Of a stretch of 64,000 nucleotides of DNA, positions 49,550 through 58,729 are shown piece by piece. Origin of the DNA: a bacterium (GTDB lineage Bacteria; UBA10199; 2-02-FULL-50-16; JAJFLM01); contig CBDCFN010000015.1 in NCBI GenBank assembly GCA_965216315.1, positions 384,001 to 448,000 of the forward strand, read 5' to 3'. A model generated the notes under the pieces. It worked only from the letters and a program-made list of their open reading frames with translations, was not told the DNA's origin and did not search any database. Made by a program: the position numbers and the translations under genes. Within the stretch, counting starts at the first letter, position 1; each line of letters starts with the position of its first letter.

Positions 49550-50401
49550 GTGATTATAGGGACCTCAAATATCGTGGCAAGGAGCGCTCTGCTGGCCAAT
49601 TCTGGTGCATTTTGCGCAGGTTCCCAGCTCGTGTTCGCGACGGAGAGTGGCTTTGTCGAGCATATGGCCGCGACAGTGGATCATTCGCCTTATCTCTCCA
49701 ACGGACCGCGCGAAGAATTGCGAGTCGTGATGGGCCGCAGCAATTCGGTTCGCGAGTTAGCCGACGCGACCTACCATGCCTTGCACCGCTCTTGGTTTGA
49801 GAGGATTGCGCAAACGGAAAGCGGCGCTGGCATTAGTCTGCGGACGCGTGATGTCTCGGTGCTCTTTGACCATACGGCGGGTGACCTCAAGTTTTTAAAC
49901 TTGGCAGCTAATCATCGCTTTCGCCTCAACGAGGCTACGTTGCGGGCGCAGTTGAGTTACGACCATCCTCAGGCCGACCAGGTTTTAGAGGTTACCTTTC
50001 AAGACGCGGGCCAGTTTGCGGCCTTGGTCCCCGTCTTTGAGAATCAACTCAACTCTTATATTTTATTGATGGATGTGAATAAGACCTGGGGGCCGAGCGG
50101 GATCTTTCTTAATTCGATCGCTGAAGATGAAAGTCAGGGTATCTTTCGGATTCCCACCCTCAGTCTATTCGAAGCGGGGATGCGCTGCATGTTGGGGAGT
50201 CGTTTTTCATTTTGTATTGCCGCAGGTGAAGTGACCCCAAACGATTATCGGTCGCTGTGGAATAGCAATGTGCGTCCCATCGGATTGCCGTTGGAAGCTC
50301 TTTATTTGCATGCGGCGGCAGGGCTTGTTGATCCCGTGACTTTTGCGGGTCATGATATCTACCATGCGATTCATAATTTTATTGATACGGAGTTACTATG
50401 A
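49550..50401 (+). CDS. Hypothetical protein (paralog of next gene)
   Basis: Shared blocks with 50398-51189; ends GHDIYH. Confidence 0.75.
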   Translation: MIIGTSNIVARSALLANSGAFCAGSQLVFATESGFVEHMAATVDHSPYLSNGPREELRVVMGRSNSVRELADATYHALHRSWFERIAQTESGAGISLRTRDVSVLFDHTAGDLKFLNLAANHRFRLNEATLRAQLSYDHPQADQVLEVTFQDAGQFAALVPVFENQLNSYILLMDVNKTWGPSGIFLNSIAEDESQGIFRIPTLSLFEAGMRCMLGSRFSFCIAAGEVTPNDYRSLWNSNVRPIGLPLEALYLHAAAGLVDPVTFAGHDIYHAIHNFIDTELL

Positions 50402-51189
50402 TACAACTAACGAGTCTGGGGTCGAATTTATGTCTGGCTGCGGCGTTGACGCCCCCCACTATTGCAAATTTGATCGGGCAATTAGAACGTGACTGTCGCG
50501 ACCAACTCATTGCGGATATTCCAACGACACCGCATCTTGACGACATGGGGCGCGCGACGTTGCAGGGCTTGGTCGATGCAGGCGCTTCGACGCGGCAGCT
50601 CGCGGATACGGCATGGTTTAATCTCTTTGCCGCTCGACACGAGCCGACCTGGTCCGGTGTGGAGAGTCTGTTTGCTCGGGAGCCGGGCCGAGTTTATGCA
50701 CGGGACGTGAATCCTGCGGACCTACGAGCAAACCTGAGCGCCAATCACTTTGCGGCGGACTTGGTAATGAATCTGAATTTTCCCGATGAAGCGGCGTTGG
50801 AAGAATTTTATTGGGGTGAGGCCACGTCTTTGCCTTATATCCGGTTGCAGCTTGGGTTTAGTTTATTGTTTCTAGAGACTCCGATTGATTTAGTTCACTT
50901 GGATGATCGGGATGAATTAATCATCCGCGTGCCATCGCTAACCCTCATTGAATCAGCGTTTCGTGCGCTCTGGCGTTCCGATTTTCAGCTCGTCATGACA
51001 CCCAACACGGTTGATGACGAGATCTACGCGCAGCTTAAGAGCGATCGCTATCATGCGATGGGTGTGAGTTTGCGGGATCAGTTCGTGGAAGATCGCGAGG
51101 CGGAGGTGTCACCGCTGGTCTTTATGGGACACGAACTGCTTGCCGTTGTACTCGATCCGCCGATGCCGGATCGAGCACTCGATATTTAA
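50398..51189 (+). CDS. Hypothetical protein (paralog of previous gene)
   Basis: ATGA overlap; RQLADT, LRANLS, RVPSLTL, FMGHE. Confidence 0.75.
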   Translation: MIQLTSLGSNLCLAAALTPPTIANLIGQLERDCRDQLIADIPTTPHLDDMGRATLQGLVDAGASTRQLADTAWFNLFAARHEPTWSGVESLFAREPGRVYARDVNPADLRANLSANHFAADLVMNLNFPDEAALEEFYWGEATSLPYIRLQLGFSLLFLETPIDLVHLDDRDELIIRVPSLTLIESAFRALWRSDFQLVMTPNTVDDEIYAQLKSDRYHAMGVSLRDQFVEDREAEVSPLVFMGHELLAVVLDPPMPDRALDI

Positions 51190-52157
51190 GTGGCATAAGG
51201 TCGATAGAGCTTGATGACTTCCGATTGATAGGCGACGCGTGCGTGAAGACCTTCCAACAACCGGAGTTCCACGGCAAACAAGGCCCGAATGAGATCGAAG
51301 CGCGCCGCCGGATCATGGTGTCGATAGACTTCATGTCCCCCCGTGATAATTTGCTCTCCGATCAGGCGGACAAACTCCTCGGATGCCCAGTTGTCCGCAC
51401 TCATCACCGGTGCGAACGTGCGCTGGCCCCACCAGCGCTGATCCCAGCCCCGACACTTCATGCCGCGATAGATATCGCTCCATAAGACGAGCCGGTAGAT
51501 TTTATGTCGCTGGAGGCGAGGGGCTTGTCGGTAGAGGGGCAGGGCGATGGTACAGCCATAATTGACGCCGGCTTGCTCGGCGAAGCCCCATTGCTGCTCG
51601 GCCGCGGCGGGAGAGCCCCCCTCGTGAAAGAGTTGAAAGAAAGTTTTCCAGCCGGCGCCCGCGTCCAGCTGCCGGATTGGTTCGGTGAGCTGGTAGCCGA
51701 TGGCTTCCTGCCCTTGATAGAGTCGGTAGCCGTCCTGAAAGGCCTGCAAGACGCCGGCATCAGCGATTGAGGACCACCCGCGAATATCTCGCAAATCCGG
51801 ATCGTTATCGAAGAAACGGAGGATGCCGAGAAAATTGGTGAACTTGTAGGTTGCCGACTCGGCCATAAACCAGTCGACCCAACGATAACGTTGCTGCATG
51901 TCGAGGGCGGCGAGGTCCGCAATACTCATTGCCAAGGCACGGTCACCGAGATCGATCGCGGGGTGCCAGAAGGCCGGATCGGGACTATCATCCCGTCCGT
52001 GAATAATGGCTTCGAAGCCGCGGAGTCTGGAGGCTTCGGCGGGCGCGGTGAGGCGCCGACCCATTCCCCCGCCCGAAAGGGTGAGTGAAGAAGTGATGCT
52101 TTGAGCCAGCCCGATTAACGGCGAGGCAAGCAGGTTGCCGACGTGACCAATGACCAT
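51186..52157 (-). CDS. Hypothetical protein
   Basis: Long ORF; sigma28-like motif upstream. Confidence 0.7.
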   Translation of the reverse strand: MVIGHVGNLLASPLIGLAQSITSSLTLSGGGMGRRLTAPAEASRLRGFEAIIHGRDDSPDPAFWHPAIDLGDRALAMSIADLAALDMQQRYRWVDWFMAESATYKFTNFLGILRFFDNDPDLRDIRGWSSIADAGVLQAFQDGYRLYQGQEAIGYQLTEPIRQLDAGAGWKTFFQLFHEGGSPAAAEQQWGFAEQAGVNYGCTIALPLYRQAPRLQRHKIYRLVLWSDIYRGMKCRGWDQRWWGQRTFAPVMSADNWASEEFVRLIGEQIITGGHEVYRHHDPAARFDLIRALFAVELRLLEGLHARVAYQSEVIKLYRPYAT

Positions 52158-52164
52158 AGCTTTC

Positions 52165-52191
52165 AAGTCGGCAACGATTTTGATTTGTTGC
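52165..52191 (-). promoter_or_regulatory. sigma28-like promoter
   Basis: GCAAC-N14-GCCGACTT, 7 nt before ATG 52157. Confidence 0.6.
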
Positions 52192-52323
52192 TAGCTATCC
52201 GATCACTCCGATAATCGAACCCGCCGTCCCAAAATCGGACGCATTGTGAAGGGAGAAACGCGCAAATCCGCGTAAATAGACGTCTCGGAGCTTGGCCCGC
52301 TTCTTGCACTTAGTAATGGAGCT

Positions 52324-52734
52324 ATGGGCAAGGACCGAGACATCAAACCGGGTAACGGACTGCTGGATTGGGGCACACGTGGGCGGCCGCTGCAACACGG
52401 ACCGATCTGGGGCCATCATTGCGGCCTCGCGTGGAAGAGTGCACGGCCGCCGACCGATAGTCTCGATGAGGCCTGCCAAAGACATGATGCGTGTTGGGAG
52501 AGTTGCAAAGAGGAGTCAAAGCAGACCCGTTGGCAGCGGATGCGCGATGGCCGCCTCCATGAACGCCCGTCCAAGCGGAAAGAGTGTCGTGAAGGCTGTG
52601 ATGATGCGATGGTCGAGGAGCTTAAAGACCTGCCGAAGGATCCGACCAAGTGGCCGGACCCGGTCCCAAAACGCTCGGCTCGGGCCGCGCGCCGTTACCT
52701 TGAGGCCGCGCGTCGCCTCTTCGAGTGGTTTTAG
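52324..52734 (+). CDS. Phospholipase A2-like domain protein
   Basis: WGHHCG...DSLDEACQRHDACW, later CDD. Confidence 0.75.
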   Translation: MGKDRDIKPGNGLLDWGTRGRPLQHGPIWGHHCGLAWKSARPPTDSLDEACQRHDACWESCKEESKQTRWQRMRDGRLHERPSKRKECREGCDDAMVEELKDLPKDPTKWPDPVPKRSARAARRYLEAARRLFEWF

Positions 52735-52860
52735 CCAGAAATAAGCATTTTAGCATATTATAACTAATTGAAAATATTGAATAATATATTTATTGTATAA
52801 AAATAAGCAACTATGCTAAAATGGGGAGCGATAAAGATAGTAACGATAAAGGAATTTTCG

Positions 52861-53271
52861 ATGAACATGTCGCAGGCTCAAAAAGATCTGACAATTGATG
52901 ACCATGCGGCTCACGCCTTGGGCAAGGTGTTTTGGAATCTCGTCAAACACTGGCAGTTAGGTCCGAAGGATCAGGCCTTGATTCTGGGTGTGAAATACCA
53001 CGTCACAAAACTAAAGGAGTGGCAAAAGAAACAGATTATTCCCGAGGACCCCGACAAGTTTGCCCGTGTGGGTCACTTGGCCGGTATCCATAAGAATTTG
53101 CGCATTCTCTTTCCGTATAATCGCCGTGCGGTCTATGATTTTATGAAGACCAAACAGGATTTCTTATTCAACGGCAAGAGCCCACTTGAATTGATTCACG
53201 AGGGTGGACCGATGAATTCCTACAGTAACATCGCCGCGATCCGCCGGCGCCTCGATCAAATGCGCGTTTAA
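52861..53271 (+). CDS. Xre/MbcA/ParS-type antitoxin
   Basis: W.L...QALILG, IHKNLRILFP, FNGKSPL, RRRLD; precedes RES gene. Confidence 0.8.
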   Translation: MNMSQAQKDLTIDDHAAHALGKVFWNLVKHWQLGPKDQALILGVKYHVTKLKEWQKKQIIPEDPDKFARVGHLAGIHKNLRILFPYNRRAVYDFMKTKQDFLFNGKSPLELIHEGGPMNSYSNIAAIRRRLDQMRV

Positions 53272-54008
53272 TGGAACTCCCTCGCTTAAAGGCGACTCCC
53301 TATACAGGGCAGGTGTATCGTAACATTTTTACTTGTTCGCCAAGCCAGTATCTCTTGGACGATGTCTGTGCGGTGAAGGATTATGATTTGGTCGATGCTT
53401 TCATTCAAAATACTTCGGGCATCGATCACAACGAACCGCAAGTCAATCGGCCGTTCCAGTATGGCAACATTGAATCGGAAGAAATCCTCGCCGTCTTCAA
53501 GCGGGAGAACTGGGGTTATGGGCGTTTTGGAGACGGTAAGAGTTACGGGGTTTGGTATGGGGCGGAAGAAGAAGCGACCTCAGTCTGCGAGGCGAGTTGG
53601 ACCGCCTATCGGCTGGCTCAGGATAATATGAAGGGACATGGTGAAGTCTATACAACCGATCGCGCGATGTATCAGGCGCGGCTGTCATCCGAGTTAGCCG
53701 TTGATATCACGACGTCGAGGAAATACGCGAAGCCACTGCGTCATCCGACCGATTATGCTTTTTGTCAGGCCCTTGGCCAAGAGATGAATGCGGTAGGTCA
53801 TGAAATCTTACGAACGCACTCTGCCCGCAAGACAGACGGTATCTGCACACCGGTATTTGCCCCACAGGCAATCAAGCAGGTGACACGCAGCTATGATCTT
53901 AAGATCAACGTTTCGCCGGATGGATTCATTGGGATCAGCTCGGCTCATGAGGCGATGAACTTTTCGCTGTCGGCTGAGCAGTTGAGAGATCCCTATGGGC
54001 TACGGTGA
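53271..54008 (+). CDS. RES-domain toxin
   Basis: GRFGDG.YGVWY, E, DY..CQ.LG, SAR. Confidence 0.85.
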   Translation: MELPRLKATPYTGQVYRNIFTCSPSQYLLDDVCAVKDYDLVDAFIQNTSGIDHNEPQVNRPFQYGNIESEEILAVFKRENWGYGRFGDGKSYGVWYGAEEEATSVCEASWTAYRLAQDNMKGHGEVYTTDRAMYQARLSSELAVDITTSRKYAKPLRHPTDYAFCQALGQEMNAVGHEILRTHSARKTDGICTPVFAPQAIKQVTRSYDLKINVSPDGFIGISSAHEAMNFSLSAEQLRDPYGLR

Positions 54009-54074
54009 TAAATGCTGATGAAGTTGATTTCCTTTGATTGACACCCTTCCGTGGGTTCTTTACCTTACGCCCTT

Positions 54075-56732
54075 ATGTCGGAAGAATTGCCCAAAGTCTA
54101 TGAGCCCAAGGCCGTCGAAGAGGCCTGGATGGAGCGGTGGCTCCAGCAGAAACGTTACCATGCCGAGCCGAGCTCAGAGCGTCCCCCGTTCTGCATCGTC
54201 ATCCCGCCGCCTAACGTGACTGGGGTGCTTCACATGGGGCATGCCCTCAACAATACCCTTCAGGACATACTCTGTCGCTACAAACGAATGAAGGGCTTTA
54301 ACGTGCTCTGGATGCCAGGGACCGATCATGCCGGTATCGCGACCCAGAACGTCGTGGAGAAAAAGCTCGCGGCCGAAGGGCGCAACCGCCATGAACTCGG
54401 GCGCCAACTCTTTATCCGCGAGGTCTGGGACTGGAAGCAAAAACACGGCTCGCACATCGTCCATCAGTTACAGCGACTCGGGGCCTCCTGCGACTGGCAG
54501 CGCGAACGCTTCACGATGGATCGGGGTCTCTCGCAGGCCGTGAACGAGACCTTTGTGACCTTCTTTAAAAAGGGCCTGATCTATAGGGACCTTTACCTCA
54601 TCAACTGGTGCCCGCGCTGTCATACTGCTTTGTCTGATCTCGAGGTGGAACACGAACAGCAAAAGGGTCACCTCTGGCATTTGAAGTATCCCTATAAAGA
54701 TGGCAATGACGGCATTGTCGTTGCGACGACACGGCCCGAGACCATGCTCGGTGATACGGCGGTCGCCGTCCATCCGGACGATGAACGCTATAAAGACGTC
54801 ATTGGTAAAACGGTGATTCTGCCCCTGGTTGAAAGAGAGATACCGATCATCGCGGATCATCGGGTCGATCGCGAGTTCGGGAGCGGTGCGGTCAAGATCA
54901 CACCGGCCCATGACTTCAACGACTTTCTGATGGGCAACGAACACGGGCTTGATCGCGTCAATCTCTTCACCATCGAAGGGAAGATGAACGAGAACGCGGT
55001 TCATTATCAGGGTATCGATCGTTTTGAGTGTCGGCGCCGCATCGTCGACGAGTTGGAACAAAAAGGCATCCTCATCGAGACCGAAGATCACCTGTTAAGT
55101 GTCGGTCATTGTTATCGCTGCAAGACCGTGGTGGAGCCCTATCTCTCGGAGCAATGGTTCGTCAAAGCCGCGCCGCTCGCGGAGCGGGCACTCCAAGCCG
55201 TACGCGAGGGACGGACGACTTTTCATCCGGCCAATTGGACCAAGACTTACGAGCAGTGGATGGAGAATATTCAGCCCTGGTGTATCTCCCGCCAGATCTG
55301 GTGGGGTCATCAGATTCCCGCCTGGTACGGGCCGGATGGGCATACCTTCGTCGAGAAGACGGAAGAAGAGGCCAAACAGGCGGCGGCAAAATACTACGGC
55401 GAAGAGGTTGAACTCCGACGCGATGATGATGTGCTGGATACCTGGTTTTCTTCCGGCCTCTGGCCTTTCTCTACGCTCGGCTGGCCGAAACAGACCGAGG
55501 AGCTCGAGACCTTTTATCCGACGACGGTCCTCGTGACGGCCTTTGATATCATCTTCTTTTGGGTCGCGCGCATGATGATGATGGGCCTCGAGTTGCGCGA
55601 CGAGGTTCCCTTTAAGGATGTCTATATCCATGCCCTGGTTCGAGATGCCGAGGGCAAGAAAATGTCGAAGTCCAAGGGTAACGTCATCGATCCCTTGGAG
55701 ATCATGGACCGCTTTGGAACCGACGCCTTTCGCTTTACCCTGGCGGCGCTCGCGGCCCAGGGCCGGGACGTCAAGCTTTCCGAAGATGTCATTCAAGGTT
55801 ATCGTAACTTCTGCAACAAGATCTGGAACGCCACGCGTTTTGCGATGATGAACTTGAAAGGCTATCAGCCGGAAGACGGCAAGGATCCCTGGGAGAGTAA
55901 AAGCTCGTATGACTACTGGATCCGAGGCAAGTTACAGCAGACGCTCAAGACGGTCGAGGTGGCGATCGAAGAATATAAATTCGACGTCGCAGCGAAGTCT
56001 CTTTATCATTTTTTCTGGCATGATTTCTGCGATTGGTATCTTGAGTACAGCAAGGGCCAGCTTAACCAACAAACCTTGTATAGAGTGCTGGAAACGAGCT
56101 TGCGACTGTTGCATCCCTTTATGCCCTTTATTACCGAAGAGATCTGGCATCGTTTGACAGAGGCCGAGGAGACCGAGGATATCAATGCGCGGCCATTTCC
56201 GCGCTTCGACGAGATCTTGAGTGAGGCGGAAGCAGAGGCCCACGCCAAGGAGATCGCGATTGTCGAGCATCTCGTGACGCCCGTGATTGAACAAATCCGT
56301 TCGATACGCGGCGAGAATCAGATCCCACCGAAGGCGGAGATCACGACGATCATCTACGTGAAAGATGCGGCTCAACAGCAGCCGTTAAATACCTACGCCA
56401 ATGACATCAAACGCCTCACTGGAACCGTGGATCTCCAGGTGGATGGGACGATCCCGGAAGCGAAGGGCATGTCACGGGCGGTGATCTCGGAGGGCCTGCA
56501 GGTCTTCATCCCGCTCAAGGGCTTGATCGACTTTGCGGCCGAGCGGCAACGCTTGGAGAAAGAGATCGGCAAGCTCGAGGCGGAGCGGGATCGTTTGAGC
56601 AAGAAGTTGACCAACAAGAATTTTGTGGCGCGGGCGCCGGAAGAGGTGGTGGCGGCCGAGCAGGAAAAGTTGGCTGTCGCCCAAGGCAAGATCGAGCGCT
56701 TGCAAGAGGCGCACGACAATTTAGTAGAATGA
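54075..56732 (+). CDS. valS: Valyl-tRNA synthetase
   Basis: PPPNVTGVLHMGH, WCISRQ, KMSKS, C-terminal coiled coil. Confidence 0.98.
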   Translation: MSEELPKVYEPKAVEEAWMERWLQQKRYHAEPSSERPPFCIVIPPPNVTGVLHMGHALNNTLQDILCRYKRMKGFNVLWMPGTDHAGIATQNVVEKKLAAEGRNRHELGRQLFIREVWDWKQKHGSHIVHQLQRLGASCDWQRERFTMDRGLSQAVNETFVTFFKKGLIYRDLYLINWCPRCHTALSDLEVEHEQQKGHLWHLKYPYKDGNDGIVVATTRPETMLGDTAVAVHPDDERYKDVIGKTVILPLVEREIPIIADHRVDREFGSGAVKITPAHDFNDFLMGNEHGLDRVNLFTIEGKMNENAVHYQGIDRFECRRRIVDELEQKGILIETEDHLLSVGHCYRCKTVVEPYLSEQWFVKAAPLAERALQAVREGRTTFHPANWTKTYEQWMENIQPWCISRQIWWGHQIPAWYGPDGHTFVEKTEEEAKQAAAKYYGEEVELRRDDDVLDTWFSSGLWPFSTLGWPKQTEELETFYPTTVLVTAFDIIFFWVARMMMMGLELRDEVPFKDVYIHALVRDAEGKKMSKSKGNVIDPLEIMDRFGTDAFRFTLAALAAQGRDVKLSEDVIQGYRNFCNKIWNATRFAMMNLKGYQPEDGKDPWESKSSYDYWIRGKLQQTLKTVEVAIEEYKFDVAAKSLYHFFWHDFCDWYLEYSKGQLNQQTLYRVLETSLRLLHPFMPFITEEIWHRLTEAEETEDINARPFPRFDEILSEAEAEAHAKEIAIVEHLVTPVIEQIRSIRGENQIPPKAEITTIIYVKDAAQQQPLNTYANDIKRLTGTVDLQVDGTIPEAKGMSRAVISEGLQVFIPLKGLIDFAAERQRLEKEIGKLEAERDRLSKKLTNKNFVARAPEEVVAAEQEKLAVAQGKIERLQEAHDNLVE

Positions 56733-56739
56733 GTGCAAA

Positions 56740-56833
56740 TTAAATCCCTCCTAACCTCCCTTTACAAAAGGGAGGGACTCAAGTGGTGATAGTTATCTCC
56801 CCCTTTGTAAAGGGGGACTAAGGGGGATTTAAT
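56740..56833. repeat. Inverted doublet of family C repeats
   Basis: ttaaatccctcctaacctccctttacaaaagggaggga ... tccccctttgtaaagggggactaagggggatttaa. Confidence 0.8.
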
Positions 56834-56853
56834 AGACCTAATATAGGCTCAAC

Positions 56854-57777
56854 ATGGATTCTATAGACCAATTAATTGAACTCGCTTTACAAGAAGACCT
56901 CGGCCCCGGTGACGTTACGACCGATGCGATCTTTGCCGACCAAGGCATCCAGGGCACCGCGCGCATCTACGCCAAGGAAGATCTGGTTCTCTCCGGCGTG
57001 GACGTGGCCCAACGGGTCTTTGCTAAAATTGATGATGCCCTTCAATGGGAAGGTCGAGCCGGTGAAGGCGCGGCTCTCAAGGCCGGTACGGACATCGCCT
57101 TGATTGAAGGTGCGGTGGCATCCTTGCTCAAGGCCGAACGTCTGGCCCTTAATTTTCTCCAACAACTCTCCGGCATTGCGAGCTACACCGCGCGTTTCGT
57201 CCGGGCGGTTCATGGCAGCGAGGTCAAACTGCGCGACACGCGCAAGACGATTCCGGGGCTGCGCTTGTTAAGCAAGCAGGCAACGGTCGCAGGGGGCGCG
57301 GAAAATCACCGCATGGGGCTCTACGATCAGTTCCTGATCAAAGACAACCACATCGATGCGGCGGGTTCGATCTTAGGGGCTAGCGTCGCCCCCTCCACCG
57401 GCAAAGCCGGTGGAGCCTCCCCCTCTCGCTCGGGTTCCTCGCTAAAAGCGGGAGGGTTGATTCAATACTGCGTTGAGTGTGCAAAAGCGCACAATAGTTC
57501 TTTAAAAATACAAGTCGAGGTCCGCAACGAGGACGAGGCTCAGGAGGCCGTCCAGGCTGGCGCGGACAGTTTGATCCTCGATAACATGACCTTCGAGGAG
57601 GCCGAGGCGATCGCAGCAAAATATCGGAATCAAGTCGAGCTCGAGGTCTCCGGCAACGTCACCCTCGTGACCGTGGCGCGCTGGGCCCGCACCGGTGTGC
57701 ACGCGATCTCGATCGGGTCCCTGACGCACTCCGCCCCGGCCGCAGATATCGCGATGGAAATTAAAGAGCGGACTTGA
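56854..57777 (+). CDS. nadC: Quinolinate phosphoribosyltransferase
   Basis: ED..GDVT, DTRKT.PG, NHRMGL, KDNH, ILDNM, LTHS. Confidence 0.96.
   Translation: MDSIDQLIELALQEDLGPGDVTTDAIFADQGIQGTARIYAKEDLVLSGVDVAQRVFAKIDDALQWEGRAGEGAALKAGTDIALIEGAVASLLKAERLALNFLQQLSGIASYTARFVRAVHGSEVKLRDTRKTIPGLRLLSKQATVAGGAENHRMGLYDQFLIKDNHIDAAGSILGASVAPSTGKAGGASPSRSGSSLKAGGLIQYCVECAKAHNSSLKIQVEVRNEDEAQEAVQAGADSLILDNMTFEEAEAIAAKYRNQVELEVSGNVTLVTVARWARTGVHAISIGSLTHSAPAADIAMEIKERT
57373..57445 (+). repeat. Family A repeat, in-frame in nadC
   Basis: Translates as LGASVAPSTGKAGGASPSRSGSSL after KDNHIDAAGSI. Confidence 0.9.
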
Positions 57778-57787
57778 CCTGATATTA

Positions 57788-58186
57788 ATGTACCTATATA
57801 ATAGGTACATGTATGGATTGCTGGGCAGTCAGGCTAAAGCTAATATTATCCTGTACTTAGGTCTACGAGGCGCCAGTGCCGGACGGCACTTAGCGAAGCG
57901 ACTGAACTCCAGTCCCACCCCCATCTTTAAGGCGTTGCGACAGTTGGTCCGCGAAGGACTGGTCATCCAAACGGGATCGCCGCCCTGCTATGCGCTGAAC
58001 CCGCGCTATCGCTATTATGATGAGATCATTCGGATGATTTACAAGAGTGGGCCAACGCCTTACCTGCCGGACATTCCGGAGGAGAGACACGTTGATGCCG
58101 TGGGAGTTTATGAATTGCTGAGCGCACGCGGATCCAGCCGTTCGGTAAGCAAACTATCGGATACCTTAAGGGAGAAATATGCTTGA
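57788..58186 (+). CDS. Winged-HTH protein (putative antitoxin)
   Basis: RHLAKRL..SPTPIFKALRQL..EGLV; start uncertain. Confidence 0.7.
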   Translation: MYLYNRYMYGLLGSQAKANIILYLGLRGASAGRHLAKRLNSSPTPIFKALRQLVREGLVIQTGSPPCYALNPRYRYYDEIIRMIYKSGPTPYLPDIPEERHVDAVGVYELLSARGSSRSVSKLSDTLREKYA

Positions 58187-58661
58187 GGCCCTCTTACGCG
58201 TCGTAGAGCTGTTTAAAAAACATGAGATCGACTACTGTCTCGTCGGTGGGCTGGCTATGCTACTCCATAATGGCAGGGCGAATACGGTCGACATAGATTT
58301 TTATTTGCTTGTGAATAACCTGGACGTTGTGCGCAATCTATTCATCGAGCAGGGATGCGAGGTAAGAAACGCCGGCGAGAATCAACTCAAAACTAAAGTT
58401 GATAATGTTCCCATCGATCTACTCTTAGCCGACCATTACGTGGGAGCTGATGTGGTGACGCGCGCTGTTGAAAAACCCCTGGGGGAAAAGTTTGTGAGAG
58501 TCGCGACACCGGAAGATCTGATTATTCTAAAGACCTTAGCCGACCGTTCTATTGACCATCGTGATATTGCCGAATTACGTGAACTTTATGGGGAGCAACT
58601 CGACGAGATATATATTCAGCGCAAGCTTAAAAAACTCCACAAACATTTCAATGTCGACTAA
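58179..58661 (+). CDS. Nucleotidyltransferase-fold protein (putative toxin)
   Basis: VGGLA...R.T.DIDF, ATPEDLIILK..R..D..D. Confidence 0.8.
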   Translation: MLEALLRVVELFKKHEIDYCLVGGLAMLLHNGRANTVDIDFYLLVNNLDVVRNLFIEQGCEVRNAGENQLKTKVDNVPIDLLLADHYVGADVVTRAVEKPLGEKFVRVATPEDLIILKTLADRSIDHRDIAELRELYGEQLDEIYIQRKLKKLHKHFNVD

Positions 58662-58675
58662 ACGCCATCGCCGCG

Positions 58676-58717
58676 CACTCGGCCTCGGCGGTGGATATCG
58701 CGATGGAAATAAAATAA
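58676..58717 (+). pseudogene. Duplicated nadC 3' end
   Basis: HSASAVDIAMEIK* versus nadC HSAPAADIAMEIKERT*. Confidence 0.75.
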
Positions 58718-58729
58718 AAGCAGTCTGAT

